From: Octopus vulgaris | Taxonomy: Eukaryota | Reading direction: 5' to 3' | NCBI GenBank assembly: GCA_951406725.2 | Contig: OX597830.1 | Coordinates: 1,178,001-1,242,000 of the forward strand | DNA length: 64,000 bases | Shown here: positions 13,850-28,832 of the stretch, one piece after another | Numbering within the stretch: the stretch's first letter is position 1 | Layout: each line of letters starts with the position of its first letter | Notes under the pieces: model-generated | The model's input: the letters and a program-made list of their open reading frames with translations, nothing else | Database searches by the model: none | What the model was told of the DNA's origin: nothing | Translations under genes and position numbers: made by a program

Positions 13850-15330
13850 ACATGACTATCTCTGGCCGCCTACTACGTATTCTGGTACTTCTCGTACTTC
13901 CCTTTACTTTTAGTGACTAGGTTATTCCATTTGTTACGTGGAGGGCTGTACCATCTCCCCTTTTACGTTTTTCCTGGGAAATGTCATTTTATTTAGCAAC
14001 AATGTTTTTTATTCAGGCTGCCTCGCTTTTTTTTTAGTTCTTTTTTCTTTCGTCCGATTTGCGCTTTGCATCTATTTTCAGGAACTCTGAATGTTTTCTT
14101 TTCCTCTCACTTGCACGCCTCGGTTCAATCTTCTACAGTGGCGTTAGTATTTGGAATGCCTCGTACGGTTCCCCCAAATTCTTTGGTTCGCTTTCTACGA
14201 ATTTCTTTTTCAGCTGGTTCCTGTGTTTCTTTTGTACGTCTTTTCTACTTTTTTACCCAATACATCATTTTATTTATGCATTTGGTGTTTCTGTCACCTT
14301 CCCAAAACTGCTTTCCATGCCCTTATATAAACCTTTTCACCAACTTTAAATAATCTTGCTATGTTTTCCCTGGCACGTTTTCTTGCCAGGTAGCAATTTA
14401 TCAAAGATTAATTTTATTTTCCTTGCAAACATCAGCTCCATTGGTGAGCTGCATGTGGATGTGTTCGGATTTGGTGTCCCACGGTACACTCTTAAGAATT
14501 GTTGTAGAGCTACCTCACCCGTGACTTCCTTATTCGATTCTCTTAGGGCTCTTTTGAAGATATCAACAAAGCTTTCTGTCAGTCCATTAGATCTGGAATG
14601 GTATGGTGCCGTATTTATATGTTCTGCCGCATACATATCTCAAAATTTTTAAAATTCGCTAGACACAAATTCCATTCCATTATCAGACAATATTTTGACT
14701 GGGATGCCAAATTTTGCAAAGAATTTATTTGAAACATTTATTACAGTTGAGGAGGTTGATTTTTCACACTTACAAGTTTCAGGCCATTCCGTGAAACTAA
14801 CAACTATCTCTAAGTAGTAAGAACCATGTAAAGGACCAGCGAAATCGATGTGTAGCCTGGTCCAAGGAACATCTGCTTTTTAACAATGTGTACTTTTTAT
14901 CGTGGCCAAATTTTCATTTAGTTTTGGCTTACACACAGGTGTCCCACTCTGTTTTACTACAAGTTTTTGTTTCCGCCCTTCAACCGTATTTAAGCCTTAG
15001 ACTGACCCGACTATACTTCCACTCAAAACACATATGGGCGTATTCCACAACTTGAATAGTTCAATCCACTCTGTGCCGAATAAATTAATTGAAGTTTTTA
15101 AAACATGTATCTTTGCCTTTTTCGTTTGATCTCGAAATGTTACACTACATATTTATTCACTGACAAAATGTGCTACCTTTTTCGATTTAATTAATTTCGG
15201 TTTACCGGCATATTTCCACGATTTTTCGTTTATAATGGTGAGGTTACTACTGGTGTCCAATTGCCTTTTAACACTTGGATTTCTCATTTCTACCTTCACA
15301 AATTTTCTCATATATTTCCAATTTCTTCCG
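13850..15330 (-). mobile_element. Ty3/Gypsy LTR retrotransposon remnant (protease + integrase; RT/RNase H deleted)
   Basis: QLDTSS.LTII and NLFGTEWI (protease); PWTRLHIDFAGP, FGIP..ILSDNG.EF, APYHSRSNGL.ESFV, YRGTP..SPMELMF (integrase). Protease-linker sequence joins the integrase region directly near 14900. Confidence 0.85.
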
Positions 15331-15604
15331 ATGACATACTATTTATTCTACAGTACATGTAGGCTGTATTTTATTCGTGAGTTGAGAGTGTAGTGCTTGA
15401 AATGTTCTAGCATTAAACTGCATGTTGTTTATTTCGGTCTACATGTATACTGAATTTAGGTCCCTTTGGAAGCTTGTGACATCATTTTGGTTTTTTATTG
15501 CATGTGATAATTCTGTATCATCGGCATAGCTAGTGACAGTGGCTGTCTGAGTGACCCTGGGCATGTCTAAGAAGATTATTATGAACAGTATTGGCCCCAG
15601 AACA

Positions 15605-15607
<3 letters not shown>

Positions 15608-15670
<63 letters not shown>

Positions 15671-15730
15671 CACAATGTATGTATGTATATACATGTATGT
15701 ACGTATATATACATATATGTATGTATAAAT
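15608..15730. repeat. (TC)n(TA)n(TATG)n compound microsatellite
   Basis: Direct inspection. Confidence 0.9.
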
Positions 15731-16115
15731 ACCTCTATGCATGTGTATGGGCGTGTGGGAATATATGTATGTAAGCACTTACAACACTTAGAGCTGTGTA
15801 ATTTATAATAGAAACTGATAGTTTGTAACACGTCTGCAAAATGTATTTCACTAGATATCGGTTACAAATTCATAGCTGTAAATATATCTATATCACCACG
15901 CCATTTGGATATCATCAAAGAAGAAGAATAATTAGCAACGGGATTAATTGCTGAGAAATACAATGTAATCATCGTAAAAATCATACCAATTTTCCCAAGG
16001 ACCATTGTTGGTAGATGTATGCATGCATACATTTCCATATGGTTGTGTATGTGTGTATATATATATATACACACACATATATGTATGTATATACATATTA
16101 GTATATGTTTATCAT

Positions 16116-16156
<41 letters not shown>

Positions 16157-17467
16157 CCATTATCTCCTTTTCTTTACTTTTATGTAGGTTTTGCCTTTGC
16201 AGATTAGATTTTTTTCTGTATCGATTAACTTTATTGATTGAATAGTTTATCATTAAACATCAAATTTGCTGTTTTACAAATAATCTTTGCCACTGATTAG
16301 CAAATTTACAACAAAACAAAAATAAAAGCACAAAATGAAAAGAAAAAGAAACAAATGAAGCAAAAAATAAAATGAACAGATTAATAAAAACAAGTAAATG
16401 AAAAGTAGCGAAGTAAAGAGAAGGCAAACATTAACGTTGGTGAATAAGTAAACACGCATAAAGAACGAACAAAACCAGTGCATGATGGGAAAAAAAGAAA
16501 AGCTTGAAATGAAGAAGCGAAGGACAATTTAATGCGTAGTGTGTGTGGGGGTGGGGTGGGGGTGGAGGTCGGTGATGGAATTAGTGTCTGGCTGAAGGGT
16601 TTTGTAATCAATAGTTTTTCTCATTGTAATTTATGTAGGAAATGAAAGATGAAAGCCAGAAGCGGGGCTACAATTGGCATCACCAAATGTAGCATTAAAT
16701 AATGGAAACAACTAAAGCACGAAAACAATAAAATAACGAAAATATAGTCTTAAAAAATGTACAGAAAGGAAGGAAAAGAAAAAGAAAAACAAGTGAAAGA
16801 GGATTAAGAAGAAATGAAGTTCTGTAAAACGAAATATGGAGGGTGTGGGGTCGACGGCATTTTTATTCCAGTGCAGTATAGTGAGTTTATATGTTATTAT
16901 AGGATGTATTAGTTGTGGGTAGAGATAAAATATTGAACAATACATCTAGAGGCCTCACTGAAATAAGAGAAAACTCGAAGCATAAACAAATATACATCTA
17001 TATATATATATATATATGTATATATATAACGAAAATAAAACGATATATATATCGTTTTGTTTTCGTTTTATTGTTTGCTTCTTCTCTGCAGATGCTGCTC
17101 CTTGGTGGGTGATTTGCATAAATGTATTATTCGTTGTATGGTTTCCGCCTTTTTGTTTTGCTGTTGTTATTGTGACGGTGGCTGTTGTTGTTTTCTTTAT
17201 TCTACGACGTTAGTGTTATTCATTAACAGATTCCAAAGAGATAGAAATGATAATAATTATTGATAATTATCTCACAAATTTCACTTTTTTCCTCTTTCTA
17301 CCCTCTTTACTTCTGTTGTGATCTACACACACACACACACACACGTGTGTATATCTCCTGTTTCTGCATTTGTCCATGACTCTCCGTTTTACTATTTTCT
17401 CAACAATTAAAAAAGTTAAATTCGTTTTACTTGTTCAGTATTTGTTATTTTTGTTCCTATATATAGC

Positions 17468-17652
17468 ATCATCACCAGTATCATTACCGCCACCATCATC
17501 ATCACGACCATCACCGCCACCACCACAACCACCAACACCACAGCCACCACCACGACCATCACCACGACGACGACCACCACGACGACCATCAACACCACCA
17601 CGACCATCACCACGACGACGACCACCACCACGACCATCACCACCACCATCAT
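17468..17652. repeat. Degenerate (CAC/CAT/GAC)n trinucleotide repeat
   Basis: Direct inspection; internal CACGACCATCACCACGACGACGACCACCAC unit occurs twice. Confidence 0.9.
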
Positions 17653-18400
17653 AATCTTGGATGAACATCACCATTATAGCATCCTTTTTCAGAGTCGTTA
17701 GCTTCACTCCACCCCTTCATCATGACAGTTCCCCACTTCTACACATTGCTAATGTCTGTTCAAATATTTGTTGTTATTCTTTATTTCTTGGATGTCGTTT
17801 ATTCGTCTTGTTTGTGACCAAATGCGTTTCATAGAAGTATTTCTCAGTGGTAGCTTTATTAGTATTTATGGCTACATCATTTAATATATTTTTCGCAATG
17901 AAGTAGCCTGTGGTTTTAGGGAGACCCGGCCGCTAGTTCATGAGTTGTAAGTTTATTTCCTGAAGATATTTGCGTTAAGCAGCAGCATAACTCCTCTACT
18001 GATACTTGGAGTTCAATATATGTATATGCTGCTGTAGGACAGTTCAATATTTGAACAATACCCTATAGCGTATTGGTATTTATAGATACTAATTCAGATT
18101 CGAGCAAGAAGTATATTTATAGGAATCAAGGCATAGATCATTGTCTCTTAATGGGAAAATTGTTAGACGCTACAGGCACCAGTGTTGGAGGCAAAATGTT
18201 TCCCACATACGGACAAGTTGCGAATCAGTTACCTCAGATTTTCCGAGAGAATATTTTACCGGTCATATTAGAGTAACCAATGTTAGGTCTTCTTCAACTG
18301 AAACTTATAATGTTTACCTTGTGAGATTTAAATTTTATTAATACAAGAAAATTGATCTCTCACTTACTGAATATGAATACAACGCCATTAATATCAAATA

Positions 18401-19586
18401 CGTTAGTAGACTGAAAAGTTCATAGGTTGAATATGAAGAAGTTATGCTACAGTTTTAAAATCTTGCGTGCATTAATTTCAACACGTCTTAATGACCGCAT
18501 TCTTTCATTCCAGGTAAACTGTAATTTCTTCAGAATGGACAAAATTTGGCATTGTGGTGTTATGAAATACCTGCAGAAAAACGATTTATCCCCTAAGGAC
18601 ATTTCTGCTGTCATGATTGGTATATTAGAGGATGACACTCCGGTTTTATCATCAGTGCAAGAGTGGGTATTTCAGTTTGTGAGTGGAAGGGAGAGTCCTG
18701 AAGATGATCCAAGATCTGGACGCCCGGCAACTTCCACTCCCCAGGAAAACATTGATCATATTCAACAGATGCTGATGAATGACAGGCGATGAATGACAGG
18801 CGATGGACAATAAATCAAAGAGCCAATGCTATTAGTATATCCGATGTGTGTGTTAAGAATATTCTGCACAATGAACTTGGCATGACGAAGGCTTTTGCTC
18901 GGTGGGTGCTATGTCTTCTGATAATCGATCAAAAATTTGACATTGAGCCAGATCCTGCTGGTGGCCTTGATCGTTTCTAATCTAGGTTGAGAATTAGATT
19001 CATCGCATAGAACCAAAGTGAAAGAGATATTCCAAAGAGTAGAAACACCTCTGCTCCCCTTCTCTGAAAACGACCAAGGTATTTTATCTGCGGTGAGGGT
19101 GATGGCTTCAGGTTTTGGGGATGCAAAAGGCATTGAGTTTATTATTAAAAGGATCACATCAATGCCGAGTATCATGCCAACTTGCAGAGGCAGTTACAAG
19201 GCGAAACGTCTAGAAAAACTATCGAAAGGGCCTTGTTTCAATATTCCAGTGCGCAAGTCCTTGGTATCTGTGGCTGCTATGCGTGACTGTAGCATTAAAC
19301 TCGTTGATCACCGTCACTATTCTCCTGATTTGGCCTCGTCCGGCCATCCTCGACAGATAGCTGGAAACCAATATCGCAGTAACGTTGATGTCATATTTGC
19401 TGCTGATGGATTTTTTTAAAATTTAGCAAAAGGATGAAAGCTTCATCACTAATGGGATCCAACCACTGCAACTCTGATAGAAGAAGTGTGTGGACCACAA
19501 GGGGGACTTGTTTAAAAATAAGCCTCATTTGGTCACATTCTATGCAAGTAGTTTGGTCAGCTTACGAACTCTTCAGTCGACCTTCT
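18401..19586 (+). mobile_element. Decayed mariner (Tc1/mariner) DNA transposon with ~30-bp TIRs
   Basis: EDDPRSGRP, ARWVLCLL (WVPHxL), VMAS.F.DAKGI, HYSPDLASS (YSPDLAP). Left TIR ..GACTGAAAAGTTCATAGGTTGA follows TA; right TIR TCAGCTTACGAACTCTTCAGTC. A 14-bp tandem duplication near 18775 shifts the frame. Confidence 0.9.
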
Positions 19587-21296
19587 TTGAATATTTCAGG
19601 GAAGTATTGGGAATGTTACATATACTAGGAATATGGATGCCTTCATTGAAACATCTACTTTTATTCTTGTTATGAATATTTTCAAATCGATAAAATATAA
19701 GGTGAAATCTCTCATCGGAGTGATTGAAAATTTACAACTGTGGCAGAGTGCTAGAGAATATTATAGAATGCCTTCTGGTATTCGTTGCCAGACCCTGCAC
19801 GTGGAGCTCAAATTCTGCTGAGGTTGGTTGATTCATTTCTGAGGGTTGGCAAAAACCTAAATGAACTACCAATTCACTGCCAGGAAACGGATGGAGTATC
19901 TTCTGGCAGTCGTTCTTGCATTTTGCATTCTGACAACTCTGCCTGCGGTGACACTAGCTTCATCGACTGTACCATTCCTTTGGACACTTGGTGACGTGAA
20001 TCTGGGAAATTTAAAAGCATGGTCGAAAGCTCGTCTTTTCAAAAAGCGTTGCCGAGGCCTTGCAGAGCATCTGAGAAGATACAGAAACTATCGTTTATCT
20101 ATGAGTTACACATTGCTCGGAAATATGAAAGTGATATGAAAACAAAGTAATTAACATAGAAGTATGGCTTATACCATCATGTTAAAATGGTATCAAAGCC
20201 TATGCAAGGATATCTTCATATCTTTATTGTGAGAATTGGTTGATTGTTTCTTCAGTTTGGGGTTACATCCATTGGCTTTTGTTGTCGTTGGTAATTACAC
20301 TTGTTGGTTGATACTGTATCTATTGGTTGCATTTAATCTTGGAGTGAGTACCTGCTCTTGCGTAGACCTTCCTACAAGAAACAACGGAGCACAACCCATT
20401 GCAAGCTTCCGGAGTAGTTCTTTTCCGTGAGAAGATCATCCTTCTTTCCTCCCAGAAATATTTGAGGCTTGGAAAAGTGGCAGACGCTCTGCGTTTCCCG
20501 CCTTACAGAAAGCTTGTTGCAAAGGGATCTATTGGTCATGGTCGACTTTTTACCGTGAATTTACCTTGAGGCCTGGACAATGAGGTGTGACAAACGGCAA
20601 TAGCACCTGCAATAACCCCGATGACTACAACGTAAATACCTTCTCTTCAGAATATTATAGAAAACAAAAATCACTCATCCCTATATAGAACTAAAAAAAT
20701 AGCAAATTTACAACAAATAAGACGTCTGAAACTCGTAACGTTTCTTTTTGGCTTTATAATATAACTAGTAACTTCAGTTCCACGAAATCGACTACAAATA
20801 TGAAATTTTAATGAAATATTCTTATCTAGAAAATATTGTTTGTCTCCGAATATAAATAAAGAGAAAGATTCTAATAATAACTTATTTGAGTGGAAAACAA
20901 TATTCAAATTTCTTGAATACCCCTCATAGAAAGTCTCTTTTGAACTTCATACACACACATTCTTAAACAATCTTTAAACCAACATACGTTATTTGCTCCG
21001 ATGCAAACATCTTAGAGATACATTTATTTTTTCTCATATATTTTCTTGATGTTTATCCAACTTATGAAGTTGCAGTCATTTGGATTTATTTAATACAAAA
21101 TATTTATTGTATATATAATATAATTCTATGTTTATTGAACATAACCCCCTCACACTTTTCACAGAGATTTCTATTAAGCTTATTTTAATGAGCTACAATT
21201 TTTCCAAAGTATAAATCTACATATATATATACATGCATGCATACATTCCTACATACATAAATACACACAAAGATACACGCATACAGACATGCATGC

Positions 21297-21327
<31 letters not shown>

Positions 21328-21647
21328 GTGGGGTGACTGGAGAACGATAGGCAAAATATTCACAGAGGAAACAAAGACAGGGTGGGAGGAAGACAAGAGG
21401 AAGAGGCATATATTCTTAATAACGAAGTTTATTGTTTATGCAGCAGAGCAATATTATTTGCAAAACGGCATAAACAAAACTGCGGCGAAACAAATGGAAA
21501 ATATAGAGTTGAAAGCTTTTTGTATACATACATTCAACTCTCACTCTCTCAAATACATTTACACATGCAAACAAACGCACAGACACACATATGCAGAAAT
21601 ATATATATACATATATCTGTATATATATATATATATATATATGTATA

Positions 21648-21681
<34 letters not shown>

Positions 21682-22092
21682 AATTTATATATACACACAC
21701 AGATACATTCACAGACGCACTTTTATATGTTAATATATACATGTGTGTGCGTCAGTGTACGTGTATGGTAAGGAAAAAGTTAGAGAAAGCGAATCGCAGA
21801 AAGACAGAAAAGGAGCGGATAAGCTCTGTAGCGTATTGTTAACTTGTCAGTGGATAAGGACCTCAACCTGGCTTCGGTGAAGTTACTTGAAACATTTTGC
21901 CTTTGATATAAGTAAAACCCACGACGGAAACCTCTGTCATCTCTGGTGACGTCATTCAGATTTCTTGAATCTCTTCCAAATCTTGCAGAACTTTTCATCA
22001 AATTATGTATTCATCTTGTGATGTCGAACTATCATACACATACACACACAGGCAGAGACACAAACACATATTGTATATACATGCACATATGC

Positions 22093-22248
22093 TGGAGTGG
22101 CGGTCTGGTAAGTCGCTTGCTTACCAACCACATAAATCCGAGTTCAGTCCCACTGCATGGCAGCTTGGGCAAGTGTTTTAGCCATTGCCTCGGGCCGACC
22201 AAATCCTTGTAAGTGGATTTGGTAGCCAAAAACTGTAAGAAGCCCGTC

Positions 22249-22279
<31 letters not shown>

Positions 22280-22445
22280 TGTGTGGCAACCGATGCTGGT
22301 GTGTTTATGTTTCAGTAATTTAGCGGTTCGCTAAAGAAACTTAGAGAATAAGTACTAGACTTACAAAAAATAAGTCCTGGGGTCGATTAGCTCGACTGAA
22401 AAGGCAGTTCTCCAGCATGGCCGCAGTCAGATGACTGAAACAATT
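22093..22445 (+). mobile_element. tRNA-derived SINE (family 1) with internal (GCGT)n
   Basis: Collinear with 2824-3259, including the tail CCAGCATGGCCGCAGTCAGATGACTGAAACAA. Confidence 0.85.
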
Positions 22446-22612
22446 AATATATATATATTTCGATGGGTGAATGAATTATCCTTTGTTTACCGTTAACATG
22501 GAAAGTTCAATGAACCGTTACTAGGGTAACAAATTCACGTCAGAAACTCGGTTGAAGCGACCTATCCAAAGGTAGAAACTCCGGGTTAATGTGCAGTAAC
22601 TTGTGTTACAGA

Positions 22613-22696
22613 TGAATAAATAAATAAATGGAGTTGACCGAAGAAATTAAAGGAACTTTATTAAAAACTTCGTTCAACTCCATTTATTTATTTATT

Positions 22697-22698
<2 letters not shown>
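22613..22698. repeat. 31-bp inverted repeat of a Penelope pLTR-like terminus
   Basis: TGAATAAATAAATAAATGGAGTTGACCGAAG / CTTCGTTCAACTCCATTTATTTATTTATTCA (1 mismatch); AAATGGAGTTGAACGAAG also occurs at 28710. Confidence 0.8.
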
Positions 22699-22793
<95 letters not shown>

Positions 22794-23426
22794 TAAAGAA
22801 TGGAGCAATAATTAACAATTTACCTTTAAATCACCTACTACCGTATAGCTTATAACGAGAACTATACATGAGATAATACACCAGGAGTGTCTACGGATAC
22901 ATCTATCCCTTCGATAGTTGAATAATCTCTAACTTATATCTTAATATAGATGTGTATATATACAGAGAGAGAGAGGGGGGAGAAGGAGAGAGAGAGAGAG
23001 AGAGAGAGAGTCATGTATCTATATGTAAGTATATACGTATGTGCGTGTATATATCTATTAAGAATGTGATGGCTGCTCAAAAGGGTTCTCTTCCCAATGT
23101 AGCCTCATCGATAGCTTAAGTAGACCTGGATCTTTCTCAAACAACACCTTTGGAAAGTTGAGTTACATTATTTAATCTATTCTTTAAAAATGCTTGGTAG
23201 ACCGATGCGATGGTCATGTTTGGCAAACTTTGTTTAGCGAAGCAGCTGAATCAATGTGGTCTTTGGGTGAAAAGAACAACAACTCTAGGTTTTCCATTTG
23301 ATTTCGTTCTATTTCTATATTTGGAATCCGAACAATGAATACCGCGACACATGTGACTCCATGCATGCGAGGCTCCGGTCAAACGTTTTTGCATCTAGTC
23401 CTGCAAATTGTATTTCTATATGACAG

Positions 23427-23493
23427 ACCATGCTGACGAGATTGCAGTTTATCCTTGCGGATATTAACAATCGAAACTGATCGGTACATTGGT
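23427..23493 (+). ncRNA. Type I hammerhead ribozyme in a pLTR-like segment
   Basis: accatg-CTGACGA-gattg[loop]caatc-GAAA-ctgatcgg-TA-cattggt; predicted GUA cleavage after 23486. Confidence 0.8.
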
Positions 23494-23756
23494 AATCATT
23501 TTTATTTCGTATATTTTCATTTGTCTTGCTTATTTTTTAATGCTTTGGTTTGTGTTGAGTTTTTATTTGAGAACATATTCTTTGTGGAAAATAGCGATTT
23601 GACGTCTATATCTAGCATGTTGACCGTTCGCTTTTAGTGGTCAAACCTTTAAATTTTGTATGTAAAAATATTTTAATCTTCGATTTTTAATATACTGGGC
23701 GGCTTAAATTAAAATTGATTAATATCAATTTCTACCCTTATTAAATTTTAAATTTA

Positions 23757-24715
<959 letters not shown>

Positions 24716-26718
24716 GATTGATTGATTCTAGTTTCAGCTTATGAGCTGTGGCCATGCTGGGGCACCGCCATTTGGTTTGCTACACGGTTTCACTTCATGG
24801 AGGCTTTCTAGCAACTGCTATTTGGTGCATGAGAGAGTTCGATGCAGCTGCCCTCATCTGCCCCTCCTGCCGTGAAGTTGGTTCATCTGGGACACCTGAC
24901 AGGAAGAGATCCAGCTCCATTTTAAAGACATCTGTATCCACCCCATGCAGGTCTCTCAGGTTCTTCGGGAGGATATTGAAGAGCTGTGGGCCTCGGAAGC
25001 CCAGGCTATCACAGAATCTTGTCCTACATCTTGATGGCAAGTTTGGAGTCCTAGGCACCACGCAGTGGCACCCAGTTCTGGCATTTGCGTAACTCTCGAT
25101 ACCAAAGTTCAGGACACTTCCCTCCAGGATCTTCCAGATGTATATTATGGCATATCTTTCCCGCCTACGCTCCAGGGAATATAATTTTAATCTCTTGAGT
25201 CTTTCCCAGTAGCTTACATTCTGCATAGAGGCTATCTTCTTCGTGTAGCTTCGTTGGATCGCCTCAAGTTCTGTGATCAACTTGACACTGGATGGTGACC
25301 ATAGCTGAGAGCAATAGTCAAAGTGGATTAGGACAAGTGTCCTCCAGAGGACCATCATGGTTTCTTGTTCTCTTGTTCTAAAGGTTCTTAGAATCCATCC
25401 AGCCAGTCGTCTGCATTTCATTGTCAGTTTAGCAACATGTACATGAAAGGTCGCGTCATCACTCATGTGAATACCCAGGTCACGCACTGATTGTGCCTCT
25501 GGGATTGCAATCCCTCCGTGTCCAGTGTATTCCTTGGGTATTGCATTCTGTTTTGCATGCTGATAGTATAAAGCTTGAAACTTTTCAGCATTGAACTGCA
25601 TGCTATACTTTTCAGCCCACTTGTATATTTCGTCCAGCTCATATTGCAGGTGCCTAGTGTCTTCAGGGTTCTGTATTGCCTGTGAAACTTTTGTATCATC
25701 TGCATAACTTGTGATCGTGGCTCTCCGCGTGGCTGAGGTCATGTCTGAGAGGGCCATTATGAACAGTAGTGGTCCCAAAACAATGCCCTGTGGAACACCG
25801 CTCACTATTTGCGTACTACCACCTGACTTCTATTCTTCAGAACGTCGTGAAGCCATTCTCCTAGTTTTCCAACTATGCCAAGATCACGCAGTTTGTGACA
25901 TTTCATTCCATGATCGACTTTATCGAAGGCCTTTGCGAAGTCGAGATATATGACTTCCACATTTGAGTGGTTGAGCAGTTGTTTCAGCACCCAGTCATAG
26001 TGCTGCAGGAGCTGAGTTAAGCAGCTTCTTCCTGGTCGGAAACAATGTTGGGTGTCAGGCAGCAAGTCATTTTCTTCAAGGAAGGTGATTAGTTTCCTTC
26101 TGACTATTCGTTCCATGACCTTGCTGATGTGTGAGGTCAGAGAGATAGGTCTGTAGTTCTTGGCCTCCGCTCTGCCACCTCCTTTATGAATAGGGCATAT
26201 TTTACCTTCCTTCAGTTTTCTTGGAAGTTTGCCAGCTGCAAGGAAGCTCTGAAAGAGGAACTGCAGTGGTCTTGCTAAGACTCTCTTACATACTTTTAGG
26301 AGGATTGCCGGGAATCCATCGGGGCCAATAGCTGAGTCTGTTTTCATTTCATCTATAGCCTTTATTACATCGTCTTCCTTTATATCGATGTAATTTATCG
26401 TCGCCGCCTCTGATTCTATATCTGCAGTGGTAAAGAAGTCAGTTGGATTGGTGATTTGGAAATGCCCAAGGGGTGGAGTGAAAACACTCTTGAATTGTTC
26501 ATTCAGTATTTCACTTACCCTCATTGGTTTTCCTGTGAGTGTGCCATCCTTTTCAAGGAGTGGCCATATCCTACAGTGCACCGTAGCTGTTTCTTTGGCA
26601 TACCTGTAGAAAGCTCTGGGGTTATTTTTTATGTTGTCTATAGCCCAGGCTTCTTTGTCTGCTCTTTTCTTCTCATGGGAGAGTTGCAGACAATTTTCAA
26701 TTTCCAACAGTTTTATTT
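24716..26718 (-). mobile_element. LINE family A (CR1/L2 group), 5'-truncated, RT through 3' tail (AATC)n
   Basis: [47 protein letters not shown]; frameshifting deletion near 25812; 3' stem-loop and AATC tail. Confidence 0.95.
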
Positions 26719-27964
26719 TATGTACGAGGATTGGAACAGCTCTCAATTCCAAAATTTGGTGCTAGTCCCTCCAGGATTTTCCATATGTATATCACTGCAT
26801 ATCTCTCTCGTCTTCGTTCCAAGGAGTACAAATTGAGTTCCCTAAGCCTCTCCCAATAGTTCTTTTCTTTCATGGTGGAAATCCTCTTGGTGAAATGTCT
26901 TTGGATTGTCTCAAGCTCTGTGGTTAGTTTGACACTATGCGGTGACCACAGTTGGGAGCAGTAGTCCAGGCGGCTTAGGACAAATGTCCTCCATAGTGTC
27001 AACATGGTCTCGCAGTCAATTGTCCGGAATGTCCTCAGGATCCAGCCAGTGAGTCGTCTGCACATTGTTGCCACCTTCGCGATGTGTGAAGAAAAAGATG
27101 CATCGTCACTCATGTCTATCCCCAGGTCCCGTATTGATTTCGATACTGGGATTTCGATCCCTCCTGGACCAGTATAGTTGTGTGGTAATGTATATGTGTT
27201 TACAGCTTGATATTGTAAGGCTTGAAATTTACCAGCATTAAATTGCATGTTGTTGTCTTCAGCCCATTTGTATATAGCATCCAGATCTTGTTGTAAAAGG
27301 TCAGCATCAGCTGGGTTTTTGATTGCCTGTGCTACCTTTGTGTCATCAGCATAGCTAGTGAGGGATGTTGTTTGTGCTACCAAGGGCATGTCAGAGAGCG
27401 CCACCAAAAAGAGCAAGTGTCCCAAGACTGTGCCCTGTGGCACCCCGCTTGCTATTGGTGTCTTTCCCGAGAGGGCTCCATTGGCTGCAACCATCTGGCA
27501 TCTGTCCTTCAGGAAGTCATGTATCCACTCACCTACTTTTCCTGTTATGCCGAGTCTGAGTAATTTGTGACATATCACTCCGTGGTCGACTTTGTCAAAG
27601 GCCTTCGCAAAGTCGAGATATACCACATCCACCTGTGAGCGATCCAGTAGTTGTTTCAGTACCCAGTCGTAGTGTTGTAACAGCTGCGTAAGGCAGCTTC
27701 TTCCTGGGCGAAAGCCATGCTGTGTGTCAGTGAGACGGTTAGTTTCTTCGAGGAACGTGATCAGTTTTTTTCTGATGATTCGTTCCATGACCTTACTTAT
27801 GTGTGACGTCAGGGAGACTGGCCTGTAGTTTTTGGCCTCTGCTCTACTCCCTCCTTTGTGGATAGGGCATATGGTGCCTTCTTTTAGCGCCCTGGGCAGT
27901 TTACCGTTAGCCAAGGAACCACTGAAGAGCATCTTCAGTGGTCCCGCCAGGGCATGCCTGCATG
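26719..27964 (-). mobile_element. LINE family B internal RT fragment fused to the A copy
   Basis: 404-aa ORF with complete RT motifs but diverged from A (e.g. LDRSQVDVVYLDF, GALSGKTP); lacks both ends. Confidence 0.93.
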
Positions 27965-28700
<736 letters not shown>

Positions 28701-28752
28701 GAATTGAAGAAATGGAGTTGAACGAAGATTGAACAGAAATCGTTTTATTGCA

Positions 28753-28832
28753 TTCTACACGTGTTTCGAAAGGCACAATTTACCAAATTCCGATTGAATA
28801 AGGAGACCATATTGTGTCTTTCTCTTCAGGAA
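28753..28832 (-). ncRNA. Type I hammerhead ribozyme in the Penelope 3' pLTR
   Basis: Minus strand: ttc-CTGAAGA-gaaagacacaat[loop]attgtgcctttc-GAAA-cacgtg-TA-gaa; palindromic stem III, GUA triplet. Confidence 0.85.

Noticed and set aside
17370-17707. Pro/Arg-rich or Gly-rich ORFs
   Set aside because: Translations of a degenerate trinucleotide repeat, with no splice or homology support.
20440-20515. Minus-strand FL*GGKR / FLGGKK resembling neuropeptide precursor repeats
   Set aside because: Only two motifs, in different frames and one with a stop; compatible with chance.
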